A model generated the notes under the pieces. It made no database searches, was not told where the DNA came from, and worked only from the letters and a program-made list of their open reading frames with translations. This document shows, piece after piece, positions 1-9,521 of a stretch of DNA of 64,000 bases. Positions within the stretch are counted from its first letter, which is position 1; every line of letters starts with the position of its first letter. A program made the translations under genes and the position numbers. Where the stretch lies: positions 241,215-305,214 of the forward strand of contig CAWAYP010000003.1 of assembly GCA_963786375.1 (NCBI GenBank), read 5' to 3'. The stretch is from an uncultured Verrucomicrobiae bacterium (GTDB lineage Bacteria; Verrucomicrobiota; Verrucomicrobiia; Limisphaerales; UBA11358).

Positions 1-725
1 TCGCGGAGTTCGGGAGGCAGTTGGCCCAGGGTGATGCGCGTTTCGCGCGCCACGAGACCGGCTTGGAGCGCGCGTCCACCGCCGCCCGTTTCAATCGCGT
101 TCTCCAGCGTGCGCAACGCCACCACTCCGCCGCCGCAACTGATTTGCAATCCCACGTGGCTTTCGCCAATCATCAACGCCAGCACGCCATGGGAGGTTTC
201 CGCCGCCGGCGGTTGCAAGGCCGCCAGCCCGATGGCAAAGCTGACGGGTTTGAGCTTCGCCGACTGCAGGACCTGTTCCAGCAGCGCAAGATGGCTGTTG
301 GGCACTCCGACCTGCGTCGCGAGTTGTTTGCCGGCCGACAAGGGACAATGCGAGCCGGCTACCCGCAATGTCGCAACGTCGCTGGGAAATCCCCGCTCCG
401 CTTCCAGTTGCAGGAAGCCCGCCGCATCCACTTCCGTCAGCGGCGGCACTTCGGTGTTCAAGGTGAGCAGCCATTTCAGCGGCAAACCGACGATGCACTG
501 CCGCTCGCGCACACCCGCGGCATCGAGGTGATTACGGATTTCGCGGCCGACCAGTTCGGGCGCGGCCGTCAACGGATCCAACGAAAGCGTCACGGAGAAC
601 GATTGCAGGCGTTGCAACGCGCCGTTGGCCCGGCGGAGGACCACGCCTTCAAGCCGCCCGCCGTCCAGCGACAGGCCCAGCACACTGGACAACCGCCGGC
701 GCCGGCGAAAATTGATTTTTAACAT
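1..725 (-). CDS. T2SS GspL/PilM-like actin-fold platform protein (3' end runs off the window)
   Basis: Not in the ORF track. Hand translation from ATG 725 gives MLKINFRRRRRLSSVLGLSLDGGRLEGVVLRR...LQLEAERGFPSD, a PilM/GspL-like N-terminus starting 2 nt after the gspK stop. Confidence 0.7.
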   Translation of the reverse strand, partial: MLKINFRRRRRLSSVLGLSLDGGRLEGVVLRRANGALQRLQSFSVTLSLDPLTAAPELVGREIRNHLDAAGVRERQCIVGLPLKWLLTLNTEVPPLTEVDAAGFLQLEAERGFPSDVATLRVAGSHCPLSAGKQLATQVGVPNSHLALLEQVLQSAKLKPVSFAIGLAALQPPAAETSHGVLALMIGESHVGLQISCGGGVVALRTLENAIETGGGGRALQAGLVARETRITLGQLPPELR

Positions 726-726
726 C

Positions 727-2124
727 TTATCCATTTGTTCGTTGGGTAACCCAGGCTTCGCGGACTTTTTCTCCCAGTGCCCAGCCGAGCCGGGTGAGGT
801 CCTGGCGGTAAATGATTTTGGGCGTGCCGTCACTGGTGTCGAAAATGAATTTCACCCGCCGGTAGCCGCGCCCATAGGGACCGATGGCCGCGACGTCCGC
901 GGTAAACTGGAAACTGTGCGTGGTGATGTAGTCGCTCCGGGCCAGCGCCTGTACGACGGAACTGCCGCTGCCCAGCGCATCCACCACCCAGGCGATGGAA
1001 CCAAGAGTGTCCGGGTTTTGCTGGCGATAGGTCACCAGCGATTGCGCCGCGCCGGACGCGGTCTGTTGGTCCACATTCAAACCCATCAACAGCGCCTCCA
1101 GCACAGGAGCACTGGCGGTGTTCACGTTCACGCGGCCGTAAATGTAGGCATTGGTGCTGGCGGTGATGTTGTCGTAAATCTTGGCGAAGTCAGACGAACT
1201 CATCCCGGCGCCTTTGCATCGGACGCAAAATTCCAACATCCCGGCACAGGTACTCATCCGATTCGGATTTTCCGCTGACGGGTACCGCTCGAAGAGTGAA
1301 GTGGCCAGGCTGCCGCTGAGGTTGGCGTTCTGGAAAAGCGATTGCAAGTCCTCCTCGGAGGCATCATTTACATTGGTCAGCAGGGTGCCGTCAGAGTGAA
1401 AATTCGGTTCACGAGTATAGACGGTTGTGTATTCAAACAAACCGGGGTTCCATTGGCCGTTGCCGCTCAAATTCTGTTCGTTGGCGTCCAGCACACCGTT
1501 GCGGTTGAGGTCATTGCCTGCCAGCAAATCCATCGTGGCGCCGTACACCAGCCGCAGTTCGTCCACGGTTTCAAAGGGGGCATTCTTGTCCTCATACCCC
1601 AGTTGCGAATAATTCAGCGCGTAGGTGGAGGAGGCGTTGGTGCCGCGCCAGTCCACGATGGCGGCGGCAAAATCCAGGGTCATGTTGGGCAGATACGAGA
1701 GGATGTTTGTATTCGCCTTGTTCAAATTCAATTTGGAACCCTCGTCAATCAACCCGAAACAGGGATCGGACGACGGCGTCCCGGACGGGTCGCGGCCAAT
1801 GAGCCAGAAATGCGCGTCACCGATCGGCACGGCGGCGCAGACAAACTCGCTGTTGTTGGTCGGCATCACGCCGTTGGTCGCGTAGGTGGCGAGCATGTAA
1901 CTGACGTAACGCGCGGCCCCTTCAATGGCCTGCTCGGTTGCCAGACCGGAAGCCCGGTTGTCCGACGCGCGCAGTTCAAACGTCATCGAATGCGCAAAAT
2001 ACAGCGCGATGCTGATCAACCCGAAGGCAATCAACATGACAATCACCAGCACGGAAGCGCGTTGACCGAGGCAACCGCTCCCACGGCGTCCCGCGGATGA
2101 AAATGTGGATTGGGACAATTTCAT
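727..2124 (-). CDS. gspK: type II secretion minor pseudopilin GspK
   Basis: N-terminal hydrophobic helix (RASVLVIVMLIAF), DEGSKLNLN, PFETVDELRLVYG and RVNVNTAS motifs; position in the operon. Confidence 0.85.
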   Translation of the reverse strand: MKLSQSTFSSAGRRGSGCLGQRASVLVIVMLIAFGLISIALYFAHSMTFELRASDNRASGLATEQAIEGAARYVSYMLATYATNGVMPTNNSEFVCAAVPIGDAHFWLIGRDPSGTPSSDPCFGLIDEGSKLNLNKANTNILSYLPNMTLDFAAAIVDWRGTNASSTYALNYSQLGYEDKNAPFETVDELRLVYGATMDLLAGNDLNRNGVLDANEQNLSGNGQWNPGLFEYTTVYTREPNFHSDGTLLTNVNDASEEDLQSLFQNANLSGSLATSLFERYPSAENPNRMSTCAGMLEFCVRCKGAGMSSSDFAKIYDNITASTNAYIYGRVNVNTASAPVLEALLMGLNVDQQTASGAAQSLVTYRQQNPDTLGSIAWVVDALGSGSSVVQALARSDYITTHSFQFTADVAAIGPYGRGYRRVKFIFDTSDGTPKIIYRQDLTRLGWALGEKVREAWVTQRTNG

Positions 2125-2138
2125 TTCATCTTTCTGGG

Positions 2139-2849
2139 TCAGGGATAAGCCACGGCCGCGTTTGAACGTGATTGCGAGTCAATCGGCACCAGGATTTCGA
2201 TCGGGCTGGCCGAACCAGGACCGTTGCCAGCCATTTGAATTTGCAGGCGTACAGCCACCGGCAAATTGGTATCGCCCGTGGACGGGTCGGTGGTGTCCCA
2301 AGTGTCATGCCATTGCGCGCCGTCGAAGCAGGAAAATTGGATGCTGGCGACCCCGCTTAACAACGACTGGTTCTCCACGTCGGGCGTCGTCACGCTCAAC
2401 AGGTTTCGCGTCACGTTGCGCACCAGGTCCATGCCCGGCGTGGAGCGATCCGCCGGTGACGTCAATTCGTAAGTGACCCGTTGAATGTCGCCCCACGGTT
2501 GACTGGAACCGGAACTGAGCGCGCCGGTGGCGGTGTACATTTCGACGGACACCGGCGTGCCCAGGCCGGGACTGGTGACCTGGCCGGCCTTGAAATCGCC
2601 GGACAAGACCTTGCTGGTGCCATTGGTGGGAGGCACGACACAGGCCAAATCCTGGCGGATGACAGACATGGCCTGGTCCACCGGCGTGGCCTCGTCCACC
2701 GCCGCCTCCGTCGAGGCCTGTAGATGCAACGCGGTGTAAAAGGCGGCGTTGACTGCCGCCAGCACAATGGCCGCCACCGCCACCGCCAGAATCATTTCCA
2801 GCAGCGTGAACGCGCCAATCTTTTTTCGAGTTGAACGGGTGATTTTCAT
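2139..2849 (-). CDS. gspJ: type II secretion minor pseudopilin GspJ
   Basis: Prepilin motif GAFTLLEMILA and C-terminal W..TW...LPVAVRL. Start taken at MKITRS, which overlaps the gspI stop. Confidence 0.8.
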   Translation of the reverse strand: MKITRSTRKKIGAFTLLEMILAVAVAAIVLAAVNAAFYTALHLQASTEAAVDEATPVDQAMSVIRQDLACVVPPTNGTSKVLSGDFKAGQVTSPGLGTPVSVEMYTATGALSSGSSQPWGDIQRVTYELTSPADRSTPGMDLVRNVTRNLLSVTTPDVENQSLLSGVASIQFSCFDGAQWHDTWDTTDPSTGDTNLPVAVRLQIQMAGNGPGSASPIEILVPIDSQSRSNAAVAYP

Positions 2850-3265
2850 TGCGGCAAACTCATCGTTGGATTCAGCGTTTGTGACTGCGCGAGCGTGCTC
2901 AACTGCACCGAATAATTCCTGCCCAGCACGGAAAACCGCACCTGTGCCGTCAACCATTGCATCGCCGAATCCACCGGCCAGGACCGGGAACTCAAGGTCC
3001 AGTCGAATTCCCGCCCGCCGTCGTTGAGCGTTCCAGTTTGGGTTCCCAGGTTCCAATTTGTGGCGATGAGGCTCTGGTTCAAAACCTCGTCCGCCACCCG
3101 TGCGGCCTCGCCTTTGCGGGCGGCGACGTCGCCGGCCAGGCTGGCCGTGTGCAACGCCTCCAGGGCCACCGGGATCACGATGGCCAGCAGCAACAGCGCC
3201 GCCAGCACCTCAATGAGCGTGAAGGCGGAGCGGCGGCGTTTATTTGTCGGTGTCTCGAATTTCAT
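2846..3265 (-). CDS. gspI: type II secretion minor pseudopilin GspI
   Basis: Prepilin motif SAFTLIEVLAAL; size and position between gspH and gspJ. Confidence 0.75.
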   Translation of the reverse strand: MKFETPTNKRRRSAFTLIEVLAALLLLAIVIPVALEALHTASLAGDVAARKGEAARVADEVLNQSLIATNWNLGTQTGTLNDGGREFDWTLSSRSWPVDSAMQWLTAQVRFSVLGRNYSVQLSTLAQSQTLNPTMSLPQ

Positions 3266-3758
3266 AACCCATGCGATTGCGCGACTCGGCCAGCCAGAGC
3301 GAGGCGCCGCTGGCATCCGTCAAACGCAAACTTTGGAGACTGTTTTCATCAATGGTGCCGCCGGGCAAAAACCGGATTGCCGGCAGATTGCCCATCGTGA
3401 CCGGCGTGCGGGTCGCGTTCGCGGCTTGAATTTGCAAACTGTCGTTGAGCTGGAGCGTGATGGCCTTCGGATCGCCGCCTGACGGCGGGGTTTCCTCTTC
3501 GAGGCCGTAGGCATCCTGTTTGGCGTCCACCCAAAGGAGCATCGGCATGCCTTCGGAAACGGCGCGGCTCTGGCCGGCGCGCGTGAGCGACAGCAGTTGC
3601 CGCGCCTCGGAATCGAGGGCCCGCCCGCGGAAAAAGCCGGCCAGCGCCGGCGCGACCAGGGCCGTCGTGATCACCAGCAGCGTCATCACGAGGATCAACT
3701 CGATCAACGTGAAGGCGCGCAAGCATGGTTTTCCGCCGATGTTCGGTTCAATTCGCAT
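3240..3758 (-). CDS. gspH: type II secretion minor pseudopilin GspH/FimT-like
   Basis: RAFTLIELILVM prepilin motif, ARQLLSLTRAGQSRAV and IRFLPGG; follows gspG. Confidence 0.75.
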   Translation of the reverse strand: MRIEPNIGGKPCLRAFTLIELILVMTLLVITTALVAPALAGFFRGRALDSEARQLLSLTRAGQSRAVSEGMPMLLWVDAKQDAYGLEEETPPSGGDPKAITLQLNDSLQIQAANATRTPVTMGNLPAIRFLPGGTIDENSLQSLRLTDASGASLWLAESRNRMGYEIRDTDK

Positions 3759-4206
3759 TGTTGCCCGTTGTCCAGTTGCAGATGTCATCCGCCGTTCCCG
3801 CCTGGCCATCCGGACCCATGGACATGATGTCGAAGGAAGCCGGATTATGTTTGCCCGGGCAGGTGTAAAGGTAGTCGTTGCCCCATGGATCTTTTGGAAT
3901 GGTATCGCTGTCCAGATAAGGTCCGTGCCAGTTTTGGCCGGCATTCTGCGGCTGCACGATCAAATCCTCCAAACTCTTGGGGTAGCCGCCCAGGTCCACC
4001 TCATAGGCGTTCAAAGCCGTTTTGAACGTGGAAATCTGCGTTATCGCCGCCGTGTTGCGCGCGCGCTGGGAGGTGCCGGTGAATTTCGGCAGCACGATGG
4101 CCGCGAGCGTGGCGAGGATGACCAGCACCAAAAGCAGTTCGACCAGCGTGAAGCCGCGGCGCGCGCGCGGGTGTTTCCGGGATTGAAGGGAGGATTGGAT
4201 TTTCAT
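3748..4206 (-). CDS. gspG: type II secretion major pseudopilin GspG
   Basis: GFTLVELLLVL, W.GPYL...IPKDPWGNDYLY and S.GPDGQ.GT.DDI are the classic GspG motifs. Confidence 0.95.
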   Translation of the reverse strand: MKIQSSLQSRKHPRARRGFTLVELLLVLVILATLAAIVLPKFTGTSQRARNTAAITQISTFKTALNAYEVDLGGYPKSLEDLIVQPQNAGQNWHGPYLDSDTIPKDPWGNDYLYTCPGKHNPASFDIMSMGPDGQAGTADDICNWTTGNNAN

Positions 4207-4223
4207 GTTAAACTTAATCGGGT

Positions 4224-5477
4224 TTATTTGATATATTGTTGGAGGGTGAAAATCGGCAGCAACATGCCGATGAAAATGGTGCCGATAAATCCGGCGATCA
4301 TGAACAGCATCAACGGCTCCGCAAACGCGACGGCCGTTTTCAATTCGCGGTCCAGGTCGCCTTCGGTGACGCCGGCGATGCGCACCAGTTCAGCGTCGAG
4401 CCGGCCGCTTTCCTCCGCCACCGAAACCATTTCCAAAACGGAGCCGGGGAAAAGACCCCGGCAAGCCGCCAGGCTCTGGCCCAGCCGCCCGCCCTGCTGC
4501 ACGCGCTCGATGGATTGCGTGACGCCGTCCACCAGAATCTGATTGCCGATGGAGCGGCGTGCGACGTTCAAAGCTTGCACCAGCGGCACCCCCGCGCCCA
4601 GCAGCGTGCCGAGCATCCGGCAGAAGCGCGCCATGGCAAATTGCGCGACCAGCGGGCCGACCAGCGGCACGCGCAAGACCAGACTTTCCCAAACGCGCCG
4701 TCCGTTTTCCGAAACGAACCAGGCCCGCAGCAAAAATCCCGCGGCGATCAATCCCGCCAGGACGAAAAATCCGTAGGAGCGCACCACCTGGCTCGCGCCA
4801 ATGATGAGTTGGGTGATCAACGGCAGCGTGCCGCCAAAACCGCTGAACAGCTTCTGGAATCGCGGGATGAAAAATACCAGCAGAAACGTCAGCACGCCCA
4901 ACGCCAGCACCAGCAAGATGCACGGGTACAACATGGCGCTCATCACTTTTGAACGCAGCTCCTTTTCGCGCGATTGAAAATCGGCAATCTGTGAAAGCAC
5001 CACGTCCAGAAAGCCGCCCGTTTCACCCGCCTGCACCATCGCCACGTAAACGCGCGGGAAAACGTCCGGCGATTTCGCCATGGCGTCGGCCAGCGACATG
5101 CCGTCCACCACCAAATCGTGGATTTCCTTCCATTTGGCCGAAACCACGGGCGCGGTGGCTTCCTTGTAAAGAATCACCAGCGCGCGGCTCAACGGCACAC
5201 CCGAAGCCAGCAAACTGGAAAGCAGCCGCGTGAAATTTTCGAGGGCTTTGGCGGAAATTTTTTGCGCCGGCAATTTCAAGGAAAACTGTCCCAGCACCGC
5301 CGGCAGGGCCGAGGTATTGGTTGATTCGGCCGTTGCGCCGTTTTTTTCAAGCAGGTTCACCGGCCGCAGACCGAGCACCTCCATCTGGCGAAGCGCGTCG
5401 GGGCGGCCCGGGGCGTCGAGCTGGCCTTCCGTCATGCCGCCGTCGGTCTTCAACGCTTTGTACTGGAATGTGGGCAT
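4224..5477 (-). CDS. gspF: type II secretion inner-membrane protein GspF/PilC
   Basis: MPTFQYKA start and two T2SSF repeats (FTRLLSSLLASGVPL...GETGG; FCRMLGTLLGAGVPL...EESGRL). Confidence 0.93.
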   Translation of the reverse strand: MPTFQYKALKTDGGMTEGQLDAPGRPDALRQMEVLGLRPVNLLEKNGATAESTNTSALPAVLGQFSLKLPAQKISAKALENFTRLLSSLLASGVPLSRALVILYKEATAPVVSAKWKEIHDLVVDGMSLADAMAKSPDVFPRVYVAMVQAGETGGFLDVVLSQIADFQSREKELRSKVMSAMLYPCILLVLALGVLTFLLVFFIPRFQKLFSGFGGTLPLITQLIIGASQVVRSYGFFVLAGLIAAGFLLRAWFVSENGRRVWESLVLRVPLVGPLVAQFAMARFCRMLGTLLGAGVPLVQALNVARRSIGNQILVDGVTQSIERVQQGGRLGQSLAACRGLFPGSVLEMVSVAEESGRLDAELVRIAGVTEGDLDRELKTAVAFAEPLMLFMIAGFIGTIFIGMLLPIFTLQQYIK

Positions 5478-5490
5478 TTAAGGTTGAAGT

Positions 5491-7236
5491 TTATTTTGCC
5501 GCGGCGCCCGCGGGAGCCTTTGCCCGCGTCGTTGCGTCGAGCGTTTCATTCTTCGTGGCGCGCGCCACCTCCTTGGCGGTGGTCACGCTCAACACTTCCT
5601 TGACCGTGGTAATGCCCAGCCGGACCAGCCGCCAGCCGTCTTCCGCGAGGGTCTTCATTCCCACACGCCGCGCGGCGTCACGGATCTGGTCCGTTGAGGC
5701 GTTTTTCAAAATCAACTGGCGGATTTCGTCGTCGGTGTCCATCCATTCAAAAATCGCGTGCCGGCCGAAAAATCCGGTGTTTCGGCATTCGCGGCAGCCC
5801 ACCGAATCATAAATTGTGACATCTTCATCAATACCGACCTCGGCCTTGAAGGCCTGCGCCGTGGGCGAATCATCCAACCGCTTGCAATGCGGGCAAAGCA
5901 CGCGCACCAGGCGTTGGGCCAGCACGGCTTCGAGCGATGATGCAACGAGATAGGGTTCCACTCCCATGTCCGCCAGGCGGGTTACCGCGCCGGGGGCGTC
6001 ATTGGTGTGCAGCGTGGAGAAAACCAAATGGCCGGTAAGTGACGCTTGCACGGCGATCTGCGCCGTCTCCTGATCGCGAATTTCACCGATGAGAATCACA
6101 TCCGGGTCATGCCGCAGAATCGAACGCAATCCGCGGGCAAAGGTCAGCCCGGCCTTTTCCGAAACCTGGATCTGGTTGACGCCTTTGAGCTGGTATTCAA
6201 CCGGGTCTTCGATGGTGATGATTTTGCGGATGGAATCGTTGATTTCATTGAGCGCCGTGTAGAGGGTCGAGGTTTTGCCGCTGCCGGTGGGGCCGGTGAC
6301 CAGGATGATGCCGTGCGGCATTTCGAGCACGCGTTGGAAGCATTCCATCTCCCGCTGGTTCATGCCCAGTTCCTTCATGCCGCGCAACGTGGCGTTCTGC
6401 CGCAGCAGGCGCATCACGACCGCCTCGCCATGCAGCATGGGGATGATGGAGACGCGGATGTCCACCTCCGCCTTGTCAATGCGCACCCGGATGCGGCCGT
6501 CCTGCGGCAGCCGTTTCTCCGCAATGTTGAGATGGCTGAGGATTTTTATCCGCGAAACAATGGCCGGCTGAAAACGTTTGAGCTGCGCGGGCACGGAAAT
6601 ATCCTGCAACACGCCGTCAATGCGGTAGCGGATGCGGAATTCATCCTCAAAGGGTTCGAGATGGATATCCGATGCCCGCAATTCGATGGCGTCTTTCAGC
6701 ACCTGATTCACGAACCGGATGATGGAGGCTTCATCCCCGGCCTCATCCAGGTTCGTATCCTCGGCGTTTTCATCAACGACTTCAAAACCCTTTTCTTCGT
6801 CAAGTGTGCCAATGGTGTCCGCGCCGACGCCGAGGCGTTTTTTAATTTCGCGCTGAATGGCTTCGCTCGAGGCGAGGACCGGTTTGAGGTTCAGGCCGGT
6901 CAGGCTTTTCAGTGTGTCAAGCCCCTGGGTGGCAAACAGGCGGCTGGTGGCCACTTCCACCGTCCCGTTCAAGCGTTTCAAAGGAAGCAATTCCTCCTTC
7001 AACAGAAGGCGCGCGGGGAAAAGCGAGAGCAACTGGCGGTCGGGTTCCACGTCGTCCAACACGGTGTAGGTGAGGCCGTATTCGCGGGCCAGCCAGCGCA
7101 GAACGTCCTCTTCGCTCTGCACCGGCGGGTCGGCCAGCGCCAGGGATTTCGCGTCAATCGCGGACAATTGCTTGAGCGCAACCATGCGTTCGAGCAATGG
7201 TTTCGGCGAAGTCTCTGGCAAACCGGTTTCACTCAT
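5491..7236 (-). CDS. gspE: type II secretion ATPase GspE/PilB
   Basis: ASDIHLEP, RLPQDGR, Walker A GPTGSGKT, TIEDPVE, LRHDPDVILIGEIRD, tetracysteine motif CPHC...CREC. Confidence 0.95.
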   Translation of the reverse strand: MSETGLPETSPKPLLERMVALKQLSAIDAKSLALADPPVQSEEDVLRWLAREYGLTYTVLDDVEPDRQLLSLFPARLLLKEELLPLKRLNGTVEVATSRLFATQGLDTLKSLTGLNLKPVLASSEAIQREIKKRLGVGADTIGTLDEEKGFEVVDENAEDTNLDEAGDEASIIRFVNQVLKDAIELRASDIHLEPFEDEFRIRYRIDGVLQDISVPAQLKRFQPAIVSRIKILSHLNIAEKRLPQDGRIRVRIDKAEVDIRVSIIPMLHGEAVVMRLLRQNATLRGMKELGMNQREMECFQRVLEMPHGIILVTGPTGSGKTSTLYTALNEINDSIRKIITIEDPVEYQLKGVNQIQVSEKAGLTFARGLRSILRHDPDVILIGEIRDQETAQIAVQASLTGHLVFSTLHTNDAPGAVTRLADMGVEPYLVASSLEAVLAQRLVRVLCPHCKRLDDSPTAQAFKAEVGIDEDVTIYDSVGCRECRNTGFFGRHAIFEWMDTDDEIRQLILKNASTDQIRDAARRVGMKTLAEDGWRLVRLGITTVKEVLSVTTAKEVARATKNETLDATTRAKAPAGAAAK

Positions 7237-7274
7237 AACAACAAATCAGCTTCTCATTGTTTGGCCGGCTGGAG

Positions 7275-7811
7275 TTATGGCAACAAGCCCATCAATGTCG
7301 CCTGGGCCTCCTGTCTGACGGTGAGAACTTTGCGGAGGTTTTCCTGGGCCTGGGCCAACTGCGCTTCCTTGTCCTTTACCGAAGCCCGGTATTTGTCCAG
7401 CGCCTGTTTGATCTGCGCGTCAGGGGCGTGGTTGTCAATGGCCTGTTGCAGGGCTTCGGCCTGCGGACTCGGTGGGCCAAAGAAACCACCACGCCGGCCA
7501 CCGCCATTGGCATTGTCGTCGTTGCCGCGGCGATTGCGGAACATCATTCTCATGCCCATGCCACCACCAACGTCGCGGCGGGCGTCCATCACCTTTTGAA
7601 TCAGCGGCTGGACGGCGCTCCAATCGGTGTCGTTGGTGAAACCGAGCTGGTCCCGGAGGTTGTCCATCATGCGCTGCTGGAATTGCGCGGGATCGAAGTT
7701 GCCGCGGCCATTGCCAAAACCACCGCCATTGTCTTGCGCGGAAACATTGGCGGCGCCCAGGAATAAAGCGGCGGCGAGTCCGCATACTGTGAACAGTTGA
7801 TTCATTTTCAT
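7275..7811 (-). CDS. exported Gly-rich helical hypothetical protein heading the T2SS operon
   Basis: Signal peptide MKMNQLFTVCGLAAALFLGAANVSAQ, Gly/Arg-rich linkers and helical C-terminus; ends 38 nt before gspE. Confidence 0.75.
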   Translation of the reverse strand: MKMNQLFTVCGLAAALFLGAANVSAQDNGGGFGNGRGNFDPAQFQQRMMDNLRDQLGFTNDTDWSAVQPLIQKVMDARRDVGGGMGMRMMFRNRRGNDDNANGGGRRGGFFGPPSPQAEALQQAIDNHAPDAQIKQALDKYRASVKDKEAQLAQAQENLRKVLTVRQEAQATLMGLLP

Positions 7812-8040
7812 GGAGTTTTGTCCTCTTGTCGTTTTTGTTGATATTTTCATGCCATTGACAGACACCACGCGTGTGTTGCCTGATGGTTGTAAATTCTATC
7901 GAGGCAATTTACGTACCAACGCGAAAAACCGGCGTTTTCTTGAAAAGCAAATGGACGATTGCGCAATTACTGCTCGCGTTCGTCGAGCGTGCGCGCAATT
8001 TTTGCGCGCCGGATGCGCGTTCGTCCTTCGTCCATACTTG

Positions 8041-8217
8041 CAGAAGCTGGAAAATTTGGAACACAACGTTGCGCTGTATTTTATGAACTACAATTTTTGC
8101 CGGATTTATCATACACTCCGCGTTACTCCGGAAAAGAAAACTGTTGTTGCGGATTGAGTTTTGGGGTTGACGGAAGTGGTCACTTGGATTGACGCAGATT
8201 CAAAATGACACCATACC
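8041..8217 (+). mobile_element. decayed 3' remnant of an IS1-family-like DDE transposase with a degenerate terminal repeat
   Basis: KLENLEHNVALYFMNYNFCRIYHTLRVTP resembles the C-terminus of IS1-like transposases and is followed by an in-frame stop. TTCAAAATGACACCATACC (8199-8217) resembles such an element's end. Confidence 0.6.
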
Positions 8218-8362
8218 GTCCCCCACCTGAAAATTTTTTCCTGAAAGTCGGGAAACAACCAATGTCAGGGGTCTTATGCCGATTTGTTTTGGTTTTGTGA
8301 TGAAATCTTTTAAGCTGTCGTTACGTCTATTGACCATGATGACCAAATTTTCCCGGTACCCG

Positions 8363-9508
8363 ATGAAAGCCATCTTTAAGGTCGCTGTTTTACTCTGTGT
8401 CCTGGCCGGCGCGGGGGCGCCGGTGCGGGCGCAAATGGCGGTTCCGCCGCCGATGCCCGCTTATCAACCGCTTTCCACCGCGCAGCTCGACCAGGTGCTG
8501 GGGCCAATCGCCCTTTATCCCGACCCGCTGGTTGCCCAAATTCTGCCGGCGTCCACCCTGCCCACCGAGGTTGTGCTTGCCGACCGTTACGTCAGCGGCG
8601 GCGGCGATCCCAACCAGATTGACCAGCAATCTTGGGACCCCAGCATTCAAGCCCTGGCCCGATACCCGGATGTTTTAAAATGGATGGACGATAATTTGAA
8701 TTGGACAACCGAACTGGGTCAGGCGTTTCTCAACCAGCAGCAGGATGTGATGGATTCCATCCAGCGCCTGCGCACCCAGGCTTATAATCTCGGCAATTTG
8801 CCATCCACGCCGCAACAGCAGGTGATTAATGACGGCGGCGACATTGAAATTCTTCCCGCCGAACCGCAGGTGATTTATGTGCCGGTTTATCAGCCAAGCG
8901 TGGTTTATTATCAAAGCGCGTATGGCGCGCCCTTCATTACCTTTGGAGTCGGCTGGCCGGTGGGCGGGTGGCTGGATTGCGATTTTGACTGGCATCACCA
9001 CAACCTGATTTTATGGAGCCGCGACCATCCGCGTCCGGCCAATTGGTGGCGTGACCGTCCCGACCAGCGCGCCGTCGTGATTGCCAGTCATACCACGGTC
9101 TGGCATCCGGTTAATCGTCAAACCACCCCCACGGCGAATTGGGGCGACCGTGGCTGGGGCGTTCAAAACCAGCCTGTGGTGGCCACCGTCGGCCGGTCCA
9201 TTTCCGATTCAGCGGCGCCGCGGCGGACACCGGCCCCGGCGGCCCGGCCGGGAGCGCCGGCAACCCGGACTTCATCGCCGGTCGCCCGGCCCGCGCCGGC
9301 TCCGATTCAACATGCCGGGCCGGTCAGCCGCCTCCCGTCGAACAACGCACTCATCGGCATTCAAAACACGCGCGAGGCGAGAACCTACAGCGAGCGCGGC
9401 CAGCAAAGCATGAAAACGATCACCCATGCGGCGCCGGTTTCACGACCCGCGATGTCGTCCGGCAGCAGCGGTGGTGATGGCCATGGTTCAAACCAACAGC
9501 GACATTGA
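8363..9508 (+). CDS. DUF3300 domain exported protein
   Basis: Signal peptide, QLDQVLGPIALYPDPLVAQIL, WTTELGQAF..QQQDVMDSIQRLR, and a Pro/Ala-rich low-complexity tail. Confidence 0.88.
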   Translation: MKAIFKVAVLLCVLAGAGAPVRAQMAVPPPMPAYQPLSTAQLDQVLGPIALYPDPLVAQILPASTLPTEVVLADRYVSGGGDPNQIDQQSWDPSIQALARYPDVLKWMDDNLNWTTELGQAFLNQQQDVMDSIQRLRTQAYNLGNLPSTPQQQVINDGGDIEILPAEPQVIYVPVYQPSVVYYQSAYGAPFITFGVGWPVGGWLDCDFDWHHHNLILWSRDHPRPANWWRDRPDQRAVVIASHTTVWHPVNRQTTPTANWGDRGWGVQNQPVVATVGRSISDSAAPRRTPAPAARPGAPATRTSSPVARPAPAPIQHAGPVSRLPSNNALIGIQNTREARTYSERGQQSMKTITHAAPVSRPAMSSGSSGGDGHGSNQQRH

Positions 9509-9521
9509 ATTATTTACTCCC

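Noticed and set aside
6046-7599. Long antisense ORFs (e.g. 6046-7599, 11727-13271, 29070-30677, 31976-33421, 55569-56939)
   Set aside because: These are shadow ORFs opposite well-supported genes, expected in GC-rich DNA, and have no protein motifs.
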